This document shows, in pieces, positions 40,889-54,100 of a stretch of 64,000 nt of DNA (position 1 is the first letter of the stretch; every line of letters starts with the position of its first letter). Position numbers and translations under genes: made by a program. Under the pieces are notes generated by a model that saw only the letters and a program-made list of their open reading frames with translations, was not told where the DNA came from and made no database searches. The DNA is taken from assembly GCA_977030845.1 (NCBI GenBank), contig OZ365111.1, positions 45,694,001 through 45,758,000 of the forward strand. Direction: 5' to 3'. The DNA is from Fimbriosthenelais zetlandica (taxonomy: Eukaryota).

Positions 40889-43800
40889 CGGGACTGATTG
40901 AGATGCAGAGCACACTTCAATGAGCTGCCGGTTTCGTCCGCCTGGGGTCTCCACTGCTGGCACCGATACGTGCATGTGGTCTGGAAAGAGAAGAAAGGAT
41001 TTCCCTGGCTGAATGGGACTTAGGATCCCCCAATATCATCCCCTGGAGATTATCCCTTATCCCTTTGGGGTGCCTGTATCCTCTTCCGGATTATCCGGAC
41101 TCGTCGCCTTGGCTTTGGTTAGTTGTGAACAGCGCTGTTGGCCTTTATCTCTTGTGATTGCCTCTGGATGCAGTGAACTTGATCAGCATTAGGTTCCCGA
41201 GTGTGATCTGACCACTCCAGTGGACTCTATACATGATAAAGACCAATACAATGGTCAATATCACTTACCCTACATTGGGAAAGACATGACTGAATCTTAT
41301 CCACGCATGAATTGACAATCGCTTGTACGCTCATGAATGCATCTCTTCTCTATTCATATTTTGAATATTTCATGTCTCACCTACATCTGAAAGGTTTGTA
41401 TCGTTCTGATAACGATTGTTTGCCTTGTGTTTGTTCTGATAAAGTTACCAACGGGATCAATGCGATTGTATTGTAGAGATGCACTCTTAGTGAACTGTAA
41501 CCACTCCAGTACATTCTATCAAGGTTGTGGTCAGGGGCAATTGTTTCCAATCATGACAGCACATTACCCGGCCATTCAGTGTAATCTTGCTATGATAGAT
41601 GATCTTTCCCTCAGATCTGCACTTTTCTTTCCGAGCATTTGACATCATTTGATCAATAATTTCTCCCTCTGCCTGATTATCTCTGGGATGGGGATGATGT
41701 ATGAATTCTGCCATCCACAACCGTGATGTTTATCACAATTGTCCCCACCAACCCTCTCTCTCTAATGGGGTCATGCAGTGCTTCCCCCTTCACAGGGACC
41801 AATGCTATAGTTTCTCTTCATAATAGGCCTAAATCAATGCACTTCCGATTGTTGCTTTGCTCTTGGTTAGATCTAAGGGAAGGTAAATTGATGTGAATTG
41901 GTAGAGTGTGTAATAGTGCCATTACCAAATGGTGTCGCTTCAATTTGGATGAGAGAGATATATGGAGTCCATAGATGTTCCTGTTTTTTGATATGCTGAA
42001 TTTAAAATATTCCTCGAACCATTTTCGAAAGAATAACTCTTGATGTGTGGCAGGTGTTCCTTATTTTGGTCTGGGGGAGTAATCATTTAATTGGTATGAA
42101 CGTGTAAATCAATCTTTAAAAATACATGTATAGCATTTTCAGATAACATTGTTCTGAATAAGTAATGAATAACATGCCAATGGCGTCAGTGACAGGCAAT
42201 GCAAATGGAAGCAGTTAGAAAACCTGGTGAATGGAGAGGACGCGTTGGGCAAGGTACTCCATTTGTGAACATAAAATCGGGGAATATTATGAGAAAAAGT
42301 GCTCTCCTATGAAGCTCATAAATCGTAGCTTATTTCAGGACTGTATTGGTTCTCAACGCTTTGTGCGCAGGCTCTGAATGGCCCTTCATGGGACAGACCA
42401 GTAAAATGTGGCGAGAAGCGCGTTGATTTAACGTTCGCTGAAACGGCAGAAGATGTGAAAAACTGTAACGATTATTTATCGTTATGATTAGACTTGTGCC
42501 AGCTAGGATTGCCAATCGCCCGCCTGTCTGCAGCCTCTTGGCTCTGATAACTCCAAATGTGTGTCGTTGAAGAAGGCGATAAGATGGGGAGAAAAAGGTC
42601 CACTCTTGAGCACTGATAGGGGGGCGATGGCATAAAAATAGGAACAGTGTCTCCATGTCAGCTTAAACAATGTGATTACCACCGTGATTTGGCAAAAAAC
42701 TGGGCGCCAAGAGTAGGAGCTAATGGAAATGGAGAGAAGGCAACATGGCGACGAGAGGCATCTTCTGTACGTCAAGTACACGGACCACGTGACTGGTTAG
42801 AGCCTCGTTGTGACTTGATGGGCGCACCATCTAGTAGCTCTCGAGGACAACAGCCTTACAAGGCAAACCTCCTCTAAGGCTGGGAGGCCTGCCACTTATT
42901 AGTGTAGTCGTTTACTAGGGGGTTGTTGAAGGGACTAGGAGTAGCGGGCAACTACTAGAAAAGTGTGGGTAGGCAGCCGACAACACTATCCACCGTCAAA
43001 TGCCCATCAGTATACGTTGCCTGAGGGGAAATAGACGGCCCCTCGAAGGGAAGCCTCGCAAACAATTGGAGCCCAGGAGTGTGCCTCTCTGACTTCATGT
43101 CCCTCCTTGCCAGCATTTGTATTGAGCGTGGCCCTCAATGGCCCCACAAGGCATAGGAGCCTGCTTCTGCCTTTTTCCCATCGACAAGGATTTGAAGGGA
43201 TGACTGTAGGCACTGGGTCAGCTATTTAGTTTGCTACAATGGGGACAGCCAGACAACTCTCCCGTCACCAGTGGCTTCTTTTTTTCAATGTGGCTTCCAA
43301 TGATTATACGCTGGATGGGAGGTGGCTTCTTTCTGCTGAATGCCCCATGGGTAATCGAAAGTCCCACTGGAACTACATCCGTAACCAAGGGCTTTATAAA
43401 TGCAAAATATGTAGGGCGATCAAGTCGGATTCCATTTACTACTTATGAAGCAAAAAGAGTTGTTTTTTGGGCTTCAAAATGTGCTAGAATCATCGAGGCA
43501 CATTAGAATGGTCTTGCTATCTCCAGATCGCAAGCTTTAATTTGAATCATAGCAGCAGACATTGTCTAAACATGTTGCCCAGTAACCGTCATAGATTTCA
43601 AACTGAAACTAATTTCATCCTCTACTGGGTATTTTGTGATTCTAGCTAGATTTTCCCCCAGCCATCCTCAATTTCATGAGCTTATTAAATTGAAATGGGA
43701 TTGAATGACAAAATCAACAAATACACTGGAGCTTTCATCACCGAATGCCTCTAAATCGTTTGCAATCTCAGTTTGTTCCTAAAGTTGTAGGTGGTAAACT

Positions 43801-44639
43801 GATAATAGTTAATTTTCACACTCCAAGGACAGATCTAAAATTCACACTCCGGTAATTTAACTAATTTGAGAAAGCGTCGAGACAGCCTTTCTATTATTCC
43901 GGGGCAGTCCATACAATAACATTTCAATCGATTCGTATTACGAGCGCTGTATTATATCTCCGCCAAATGCTGAAATACAAACCAAATTGAAAGGCAGCAT
44001 TTGGCGAACAAAGGTCCCTTCCTGTATTGGACTTGCGAGGTGTTGGTTCCTGAAGTACTTTCTTTATACTTTCCTCTGTATGGGACATCTCCAAATTACC
44101 CAATATGCTGTGTCACTGTGGTATGGCTTTATTGTCAAATTTGCAAGCACTGTCTCGCTCGTCTATAGGAAGCCCCTGTGTCTGAATGACTCTTGTTTTA
44201 AAAGCCTTTCTATCAAACGCCCTTTTAATGACGGCTGTGGCTCTGAAGGCTGCAAGGCAAATTGAAAGGTGCTGTGAGATTCTTTTTATATCTTCTTTAT
44301 TCAGAAAGCATTCTCTTTCTGTTGTCGATGAAGTATCCTTTCTCACATTCAGCTCATATATGAGCGAATTAGAGTAAGAAGAAAAAAATACTTGCACACA
44401 TGCCTTGCTTATATTCTACTCATGAAGTAATGACAGAATCTCATGAATGAATGATGTGGGGGATCCAGTAATTTGTAATGGTGCCATCATCTCGTAGAGA
44501 CTTTACAAAGTCTATAAGCATCGTCACAAGTTAGTGGTATTTAATGAGACATCGCATTGTATGCTGAGCATCCAACGCCTCGCATTATATACATCGTTGT
44601 GGAAATAAATAAGCTTCGCTCCGTCTCCCTCCCTCTCAC

Positions 44640-46350
44640 TCACTCACTCACTGCCAAGCGCGAATATCACTCATTGCCAAGCCTATTGACTACGCCAAGG
44701 TAAAAGGCAATACTATTGGGATTTAATGGAATGCATATGGCAGACTAAAACACGCTATCGCACTAAATTCCCAATGTCCTTTGTATTTCCACCGCCATTT
44801 TTATCAAGAAGAAAGCAATTTGTGAAAGCGCAAAAACGGCGAGAAATAAAGAGGAATCCTTTGCCGCGGGTTTTTAGGCCGCCTGGAATGAATGGCTGGC
44901 TGTCATTACAGCGGCGCTGTGAAGAAAACCAAGTGAATCTTTCAGCCGCTGTGAAGCCATATGCATCGATTTATTTTTTCCCTGCCAGCTTATCAATTAG
45001 GCCATATATACAGTAATGAAGCGAGGGATTGAGGCAGCGTGATTTGTCATTGGGAGCTAAATTATTGTGCCATCATGCATCTTAGCGAGTAATGAATCCA
45101 GATTGGAGTTTATTTCTTAATGTGTGGTGGCGACGGAGACGGATCACCGTTTAAATTGATATTCATTCCCCAAGTGTTATTTTTGATTAATTATTTATTC
45201 CAAGCGGTGTGCGTGCGGTGCTCGGAGGTTTTTAATACCTGGCAATTAGGCCCGGTCTGAACCGGCAGTGTTTTATTAACAAACCTCGGCGGTAAAAATC
45301 AGCCATAATGAATGGATTAGTTTGATGGCAAGCTAAAAAGCATTTCATGGAAAAGGCTACAGGAAAGGCATTGTGGCGGCGGCGGCGGGCGCGTGTTTGG
45401 AGCGTTAACACCGCTCACTGATTTATTTAAGGTGCACTGTTTTAGGTGCTCTGCTTGTCTAAATGGAATAATAGTGAGTCCCCAGCTCTGATGCTACACA
45501 AATTATGAATAAACAAGGCAGCAATATGTTATTAGGTAAATAGCTCCAATCAGACCAGCCCACAGAGAGAAAGTGTTGGATGGGGAGAGGTGGGTGGGTG
45601 GGGGGTGGGGGGGTGTGTTCCCATCGTTGCCGGAGGCCGTTAAAAGAAACGCCTGTTTTTGTTTCATCAACTGTTTCATCAACAGGAGCGATAAAAATGC
45701 GATGGGAGCCGCGAGGATGTAGCAACAAATAGGCTTTCAATAAAGAACTAATGAGTTGGAAATGCATCTGCGGCAAGCGCCTGAAAAAACCGCTAACAAA
45801 TAGATGCGGTTTTGATTAGGTCTAAACGATGCTGAAATCACTCGCCTTAGTTTCCATTTTATCAGAATTAAACGCTAAAGAGATTAGAATGTAGCTTCAG
45901 CAGGCGGCAGTGGAGAACAAAAGTGGCGGAATAAATGCGCCGAGGTTATTGAAAGCAAATTAGATAACATCAAAATAGATGGCACACATTGAAAAGTCGC
46001 AGAGAAAAGTTAACTAACAGATAGATTTTCACTGGGCGTTCACGTGTTTGTCGCATTAGGGATAGCGACAGAGTTTTCATCTCTTCGTGACTAAGCTTAA
46101 TTTTGACAGATGGCCTATTGACACCATAAGCTGGCGTTCTGTATTGTCACGAACGCCGATGATGCCAACTGACAAATTGCTTGATTACGTCAATGGATTT
46201 AATTTGATACCTTAACGCCATTGGTGAGCTGGTCAATTCTAATCACGATTCCTTGTAAGTGAACTTAAAACACAGCCCCGCCCGCCCAGACATGGATTAA
46301 TTGAAAGCACCGAAGGGGATCATTACCCTCAAAAATAACCCCAGTTGTGA
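44640..46350. promoter_or_regulatory. Long enhancer/CNE-like block
   Basis: About 1.7 kb with a very high density of TAAT/ATTA/CAATTA motifs interleaved with GCGGC/CpG runs; no coding signal; inference only. Confidence 0.4.
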
Positions 46351-48722
46351 GGAAGTCAATTTCCAACCAACCTTGAGAAGGATTCTGCATTATGGATCTT
46401 CTCCTAAAAAACATTTACCAGGTCACTCACTGCAATGGAATATGCTGATATGGATTAGCAATGTGTCAGTGCAGTAAATTCAGTTTATTCATGCCACAGG
46501 GACCTGTGGGCTTCGAAAGTAAATGTACCATGGGCTGATGATTTACATCCTTTTAAAAGGAAAGTCCCATGACCTTGAATGTTGACATTGATTTCTGCAT
46601 TATGTTGTGTACATAAGTACGATGTATAAATGGCTGTTAGTACAAGAATAGATCAATACTCCATCGATCCACACTTCCAGACTTATTATGCCAACTGTAT
46701 GAAGCGACCCAGTTTGGCTCTCTATAATTAATTACCCCCAATTGTACCCAGTCATGTTCCAATGAAATCAAGGAGAATTTCATGATTGGCTGATGCATCG
46801 ACCATGCGGGATCATGCTTGGCAAAATGGACTTTCCCTGTGGAGGGCGATCGAGAAAGGAAGAAAATGTCAGTTCCTGAGAAAAAAAACATTGACTGCAC
46901 CTGTACGCTGCCGTGGCCGTGCAAATAACGACAAAAATTATTCCCAATAAAAAAAGATGGAAGCTTTTTCCACGATGGAGTTGTCTGATTTTCAACTCGT
47001 GGCTGAGGGAGGCAGTTGGGAGGACCTTGTGCAAATTGATATTAAGCGTCCTCCACAGTGCGAGCATTGGTGCAAACAGCAAGCCCATGAAATATGTAAT
47101 ACAGATCATTTGTGGCGTGTATAATGGGTGTCTTTGTGTTGGAGGGATCAATGCTCACTGGGAGCGACTCATCCATAAAGGGTAATAACTCGGTGCGGAC
47201 GAGCCGCTCACTGACACAATATTTGGCCTGAATCGCAATATTTGTCTATTAGGCGGCTTATTGGACTATTCAGGGAGCCATCGATTGGTGTACAGTCGGT
47301 GGTGACCGGACCTTGAAATGGATCCATGTTAGAGAAGTGGGTGGTGGTGGTGGTGGGTGGGGGGTGGTGGAGGTGGTGGTCGAGCATCTCGTGTGTAGGG
47401 ATATATTACACTGCGGGTGGGGTGTCGGGCTTAATGTCTGGCCTTTGGTACTATTGCTCTCGTCTCTCTTATAATGCACATGCCCATGAAAAGCGATCTT
47501 GTACATTCTCCTTCTATATTCTCTGTGATTGCACCAAATTGTGAGGGATGTAAGCTATAGGCCTGCACCTGGCATACAACATTGGCCCAAAAGGCAATGA
47601 TCTCCAAATCCATGGCACACAACGACATTTGTGGTGGGCTCTGAGGAACAAAAACATTGGAAATGGGCGGTTTTAGTTAAAATGGAATTTTGAAGGACAT
47701 CAAATGAACTGATGTTGGAATCCCATTTTAATAACCGCCTTCAATTTGACCTTTTATCTCCACAGTCAAAGGCAAATGATTAATGCTTAAAGGCCCCCGT
47801 TTGGTTTGATCTAAAAAACCTAATATCAAAGGTTGTGGTATTGATTCTTATTATAATGGCCATTAGTGATGAATCAGACCATCAAAGTGCTGGAGGCCAA
47901 CCTAAATACCAGTTTCATCTCCCTTTCTCACCCGAACTTAATCGAAACCAACCAGATACAAACACTCAAACACTTTGCCTAGAAGCTTTTAAATTGGATC
48001 CCCTCCCCCCACCCCACGTTTGTTAACCAATAAAAATCCCACCGAAAAAAGCTCCAACGGGTGTTCAATGGCATGATTATGGATTATGTTACAGCAGATG
48101 GGAGTGGTTTCTTTTTTTCAAAAAAAGACTTAAGGTGATGGTCACAGCTCGCCATCCCCCCCTCCACCGCCACCCCCTCTGGTCTCACACACACACCACC
48201 CCAGCTTCAATGTCCGTTTTTTCACAAAGACCATTGTGGTCGTCCCATGCACGCGCCCACCGAGTGTAAACTTTCCAGATTAAAACCAGAAACTGTCGGT
48301 GTGCCGATCATATTTCTCTGGTCGCATCCAATATGCTGGGCCTTGTATTAACCCCGCATGCAGTATGCGGGTAAATATTTGCTCTGGGAAGGAAGCATGG
48401 AATAGAGATGAGGTCATACATCTAGTACAATAGAGAGGTGCCACGTCTAAGTGGGTACTACATGGTAAGGACACCCAGTCCACTGAATCATTAGGTCATA
48501 TACACTCTACATATTAAACCCAAAGATAAAGAGCATTATATCAATGGAGCTAAGCTTACCAGTCATATACATCAAATAATACTCTCCGAAAAAAGTATCT
48601 AGAGAAAAGTGAACATAAATAGTCTTTCAAGATAATTTACCTTGTATAAAATCTAAGATTAAGGTCGCGAGTAGTTAAAGGGAAAAACAGGCAATTGCAT
48701 GTGTTATTGGGGACTCTCACAG

Positions 48723-48872
48723 AAAAGAGACCTTGGAGAAACTGAACCTCGCATCCCTCCTCAGAGAGTATCCCTAGACATCAAGATGCAAATCCAAACC
48801 TATTATTGGAAATCGAATCCCTGTCTAACGATTTCGACAAGACATCAGAAGACGGGCATCGTTTTCTCGAAC
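48723..48872 (+). CDS. Candidate 150-nt phase 0-0 cassette exon between the two microexons
   Basis: Acceptor ctctcacAG (weak tract), donor AAC|gtgagt. Only the phase-compatible frame is open (KRDLGETEPRIPPQRVSLDIKMQIQTYYWKSNPCLTISTRHQKTGIVFSN); no recognisable homology. Confidence 0.25.
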
Positions 48873-50891
48873 GTGAGTGCTAGTTCTCATTTTGAGTTTT
48901 GTTCCCGTTTAATATGCTCGTATTTCTCTGCAAGCTTTCCTTCAGTTTCATTCTCAATTTCCAATATCAGCTCTTGTGTGTCCAGGTCAGGCTTTATTGG
49001 TCGAGTCCTGACAGATAGGGACGCCATCAGGCCTTCAGAAGACAGATAGGGCCTAATAGCGGCAGGGTTACTCACTTTTGAAGCCCGACTTCCATTGGTG
49101 AACACTGTGTGCTTACCGTTTGGAAGAAGTGCATGGGGGCAATTAGTATATTAACTAGAGAGGAGATGGGAGGAAGCCATTCACAGGTATAAGGGAATGG
49201 AGGTCTATAAGCCAGGCGACCTCTTCATGCTGACAGCAAGACCTTGGTCTTAAACGATGGATGGCTTACCAAGCATGGATTCATCGCCCGGCTCAGGCAC
49301 TAGCAGGCAAAGTGCCAAGTGTAGCGGGTGTTTTCTTTCCACTTGTTGGCGGGCGCATCCTGCCTGCACGACCTGACAGGTAACAGACAATGAAAGATGA
49401 GGTCGGCAGAAGCAAGAGAGAAATACAGCCTAATGATATCAAAATGAGATGGTGTCAACACAGCCTGGCACAGAGAGGCAGGTGCCTTTTGATATGGGCC
49501 CTGATCAGAGAACTCTTTGAGGGGCATAAATAAGATAGAGCCAGATCAAAAAGCGAGTAATTTCATCTGATATTACTGATGCTCTCAGCTTTAGGTACAA
49601 ATAAGGAGCTTAGGAGGTTTTTCTGCCTCTGCTGAACAGATATTGCTTGGCATTGATCTATATAGAGCCGGCTATACACCAAGTAGTTTAGGAATCGGTT
49701 TACACAGAAAAGGGAAAGTAAATTAAAAGCTTCTGTTTGATCCTTTGATCCCAAGATCATTCATCGTGCAACTGATCACAAGCAAGATGGCTCTGTCGTA
49801 CATTGGATTAAAGGATAAATATAGATATATTCTCTATTCAAAGCCCGAGGCAGCAAGACCTACATATTATATGCGTGGATTCAGCCTACATATTTATGCA
49901 CATTCAGTGTGGGCACAATCCTTTCATCCACCCATTCATTCATAAATTTTAGCATCAGATTCTTATCATAGAAATTCACAAGTTCAAATTACTGGTTTCC
50001 TTCGAAAGTGAATATCTTTGATGAAGCTTTTGAAGGGAAGTCATATTGGAAACTACTTCAGTTCCTGAGCATTATACCTTCATTCAATATTTGTAACATT
50101 TAAATCTAACTAAAGGCCCACATAATATCACCAATCCCTCAATAATGATTTGCTTGATTACATAATTTCTTTTTGTGCAGGACTGAGAACCGAACATTAT
50201 TCCCTTTCCAACAATGTAAAAATTCAATCCCAGTTATGTCTGGATATCAATGGGACATCATTGCATGATTAGAACAATGTCTGGAGTGTGGAAGGCTTGA
50301 CGATAAAGCCACGAGACTGAATTTCCATCCCATAGTGAAGTCAAACCAGATTTATCGAGTTAAAAACCATATTTGATGGGCCGTCATGCCAAATGACATG
50401 TAATGAGTAAAGTTTTTAAATCGAGTAGCACACAATTGTCAAAGGGAGGTATAGTGATTGGAGAAGGTTTTTTTCCCAAGAGCGATTGATGTAATGTTTT
50501 CCCGCAAATGTCAGTCGTAAACCTTCAGAAGCAATGCTAATAGCCCGGGCTTTATGATAATTATTGCGCAAAGCTGCCAACATTTGAAACTAGAAATGTC
50601 TTTGAGAACATGTAATTGACATTTTATTTGGTGATTATTTGGTTGGCAGCCAAGATAATGAAAGTTGTGTTGTCGTATCCGGGGTGTGTAGGACCCGTTC
50701 ACTCATTCATTTTAAAGGAAACCTTAAGTGTTTTTGTTCTTGATGAAATCTTAATGTTTGAATCGCAATTGAAAAGTAACTTTGTCATCTACGTTCCATT
50801 TATAAATGCCATCGTCTACGCCGTATGCATCTGCCATTTTTATTTCCATTTTCTGCTTATCATTAATGATGTTTTATCTTTTCTCTTGCAG

Positions 50892-50924
50892 TGTGATAGT
50901 GTTAGTAGTGGGCTTGACAATAGG
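50892..50924 (+). CDS. AUTS2: 33-nt microexon (phase 0-0), CDSVSSGLDNR; probable equivalent of AUTS2 exon 5
   Basis: Strong acceptor ttttatcttttctcttgcAG preceded by a 113-nt AG-free zone (50777-50889); donor AGG|gtaagt. Splicing to the 36-nt exon rebuilds Y-L-C-D-S, matching the recalled family motif GY[FI]CD[SA] (AUTS2 GYF|CDSDSDQEEK; paralog GYICDAESDLDER). Confidence 0.8.
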
Positions 50925-51154
50925 GTAAGTAGAATATTTCCTATCAAAGATATCCTTGGGAGTTTCTTCGCTCTGAAAATGATACCTCATGTCATTAATG
51001 CATTTAGCCTATCATCATTTCCCTCCCTTCATCCTTAAGTTAATTAGGTTCAAAACTTCTTGAATACATTCAAGTTTTCTGATATCTGGAAAGGTAATCT
51101 ATACCTCCGGATGGCACTCCAGAAAGCTGCACGGAACATATCCAAGGCCTTGTG

Positions 51155-51168
51155 GTTTCTATGGCAAC
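51155..51168. promoter_or_regulatory. RFX X-box
   Basis: GTTTCTATGGCAAC, a full-length match about 230 bp downstream of the 33-nt microexon. Confidence 0.55.
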
Positions 51169-54100
51169 GGGAATGAATTGTTGGTGCTCTCTATAGTAGC
51201 CTCTATAGCACTGGGCTCGTCTTGGTGCTGTTATTCCGAGCAGGTTTAATGAACGAGTGGGCAGAGATTCCATCAAGGCGGGCGATATTAGGGGAGATAT
51301 CCCTGAATATCGCCACCCCCTCGCCTGTTTTCCGGCGATAATGCCGGAAGCAACCTGGCGAAAAATGTGCCCGGGACAGATTACTCCCAGGAGGGCAAAT
51401 ATGGCAATGGATAGAATCCATTGTGGTCCGATTCTTTTCCCGGTCAAGACTTTGCTATATTTGACCGGACAGTTAAATCAGAACCATCTATATTGATGTA
51501 CCCCGAGGAATTATTTTCCTTGTCCCTTCCTTTCTGTCGGAAACGTCCCCCGTTTAGATGTACTGTTATTGAAAATAATACTGTTTTTTCTACACAGCTT
51601 ATATAGGAAGCTACACAAGAGGTCTCTGCATCGCTTTTACAAATTGACAAAATTTATTCACTGGGGGAAACTTTCACCTCCCATTCGAATATTTATTTAC
51701 AAAAACGATGCCAAAGGCTTGGGGTGGATTTCCATGCCCCAGACCTATAACCTTCTTGCCATGGTTACCAGGAATTCCCGAATGAAAGGTATCCAGGTGG
51801 TGTACAATGGTCGGGAGTAAGTAGGGCCAGAGGCACGACTAACACCTCTTTACACTCAATTAAACCCATGTTAAGATTAGAAAGCCCCATTGTCCCTCAC
51901 ACGGGCCACACCAAAAAGCAAACAGAAGCGCAGACAAAAAACATCTAAAAGCCTGTAGACACGCTCAAGTAGCTGCAGGTGCTTGAAGTTTAACACTTAC
52001 CCAGCTCGAGAAGCACACATCTGGAGTATAACCAAAAGAACCGGCTTTGAAGCAAGTAATTTGGGGAAAAGATAAGCAAAATTTGGGTGAAAAATTGTAA
52101 GCACCCCTGTCGAATATCTATGATTGCAATCCGTCTTCTTGTTGTTTGCGAGGGCCCTATTTCATATGTTGCCTGGACATTTTTTGTCGTATTAAATACG
52201 TGTCACCTAAGTGTGTTGACAGAAATAGTGTAATTTAATTTCTGAGAACGCAAAAATAACTGCTACCAGTACTTATTGATGAAATTATATATAGATCATA
52301 TGATAATTGATACAAGCAGTTTCCAAGAATTTGCATGTGACAGTTTTCTGACAGCGCTTATTGCCCCACATGGATGCAGCCTGTAGTTCTTTTTCATTAA
52401 TAAGGAATAACTGCTGGATGTAATGAACACCTTTGGAATTTGACGTCTAAATGAAAGCAAAGAGCTTATAATGTTCTTTGATGAAAGGCCTCAGTAACTG
52501 TTCACAGTGACAGACTGAGACTGCAATGTGTCTCCAGGAGACCCCCTGTCCATTACACCCTATAAATAGAAGGTCTCGATTAAACACTCTCACAAAATAA
52601 AACATACCCAATCATCGGCCATGTTTAATTTCTCCCTTCTCCCATGTCAAGAGGCCCTTTCTTGATGGTTGGAAGGCCTCTCGGGGAGTTTATGTGTGGC
52701 CCTGTGACAAAGGGTTCGAGTGTGTTCAAGGATCTGGGTCAGAGAAGGTCTTAAAGGGCCTCAGCTATCACCAGTTCCCTGCATGTTTCAGTGTGCAGTG
52801 AATAACATACATGCATTTGCTATATTACTTTCTCTCACCAGAACCTATAGCTCCCTTACCTTTCCCCCATGTAAGTCATACAGACCTAACCTCTATATCT
52901 TACACAATGGAGGTTGTATCTGTACAGAGATCGGTTCTGTAATTACAGGGTAAAGTTACGTAGGGTATCACACATTCATGCACGTCTAGAGAAACACAAT
53001 CACCCACTGTCTTCTTACCTCCATTCCTCTCCACAGACACTGACAGATTATGAATGGCCAGCTCTTTAAGATGTTTCGCATGCATATATATGTAGCGTTG
53101 GAAATGTATTACTACAAAAAAATGACAATGAGAAATCGACAAGTATGTAGGTGTTGGCTGCTTTTCATTCTCATACGGCCTTACAGGCATTATCTGCTTT
53201 TTGAGCCGAACTGCTAAGATTTATGTTGCACACTTAGTTCGCTGGTAAATGCTGGTATAAAGACTGCCTTTGTTGTGTTTCATTTATTGTACACACCCTC
53301 TGGGGTGCAAACACCTTCCTCCGTCTTCAATTAAGCTTGAAAAGAACACAAAAGAAAGGTTGTCGATGCAAAACTGTGCCTCGCATTTCATCCTAGTGTA
53401 AATTGGCTCCACTAGTGACACCAAGTGAGCGCGGCCGGAACTAACACCCAAACACAAGTTGCCTGTGGAATCCCAATTGGCTGTTGTGATCGAGGTGCAT
53501 TGTTTTTTGCATGAGACTGAAGTTATTGCTAGCTCTTCATAAATTTCGCACTAGATACTTGTTTTCTAGTCCGTTTTTAAATGTTTGCTGGGAAATTGAA
53601 AGAAAAACGGCCATATCAATTGCGTCCTGGAAAATGCCTGGAGTTTGATGGCAAGATATGAGTATCGAAATGCTTTTACTTTGAAGACTTTATTTCTTGT
53701 AGATCATTGTGCATTTCTTGGGGGTTTTGATCTTTATGCGTTATCTATGACTCAAGGCATTTCTGATCCTGCCAAGTGAGGGAAAAATGTGATCTCATGT
53801 CGTCTGCTCACGACCTTCCTTCCTTCCTGCAGAAAGCTGTCTTTCCAATTCGAAGAGCTTATTTTTCCTCCTGAGGAAAGCTCTGAAGAAAGCAAGGCGT
53901 GGCGTTTTGCCTTGAGGGCGAGAAAAATTAATGTTGGGGGGCCTCATACTAAAGGGTTATAACAGTCTACTTAGCAGGTGTTAAAATTCAAAGCGGGGTA
54001 TTGGTGTAAGGGGTTTGGAAAGGAGTCGGGGAGATCATTAAATCCAAACTTAGCTGAGGTAAATAGACGTTGTAAGCCTCATGAATGCTACCAAAAGCAC

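Noticed and set aside
43239-43448. BED-zinc-finger-like fragment RKSHWNYIRNQGLYKCKIC
   Set aside because: The W-N-Y and C-x2-C spacing is suggestive, but a stop follows with no His pair and no transposase or TIR nearby; likely chance or too decayed to call.
48887-49105. Glu/Lys-rich helical-looking minus-strand ORF
   Set aside because: Explained by a pyrimidine-rich + strand; no homology recognised.
50181-50215. Strong acceptor tttcttttttgtgcAG upstream of the 33-nt exon
   Set aside because: Only a weak donor (gtaaaa) and an immediate stop in phase 0; unsupported as an exon.
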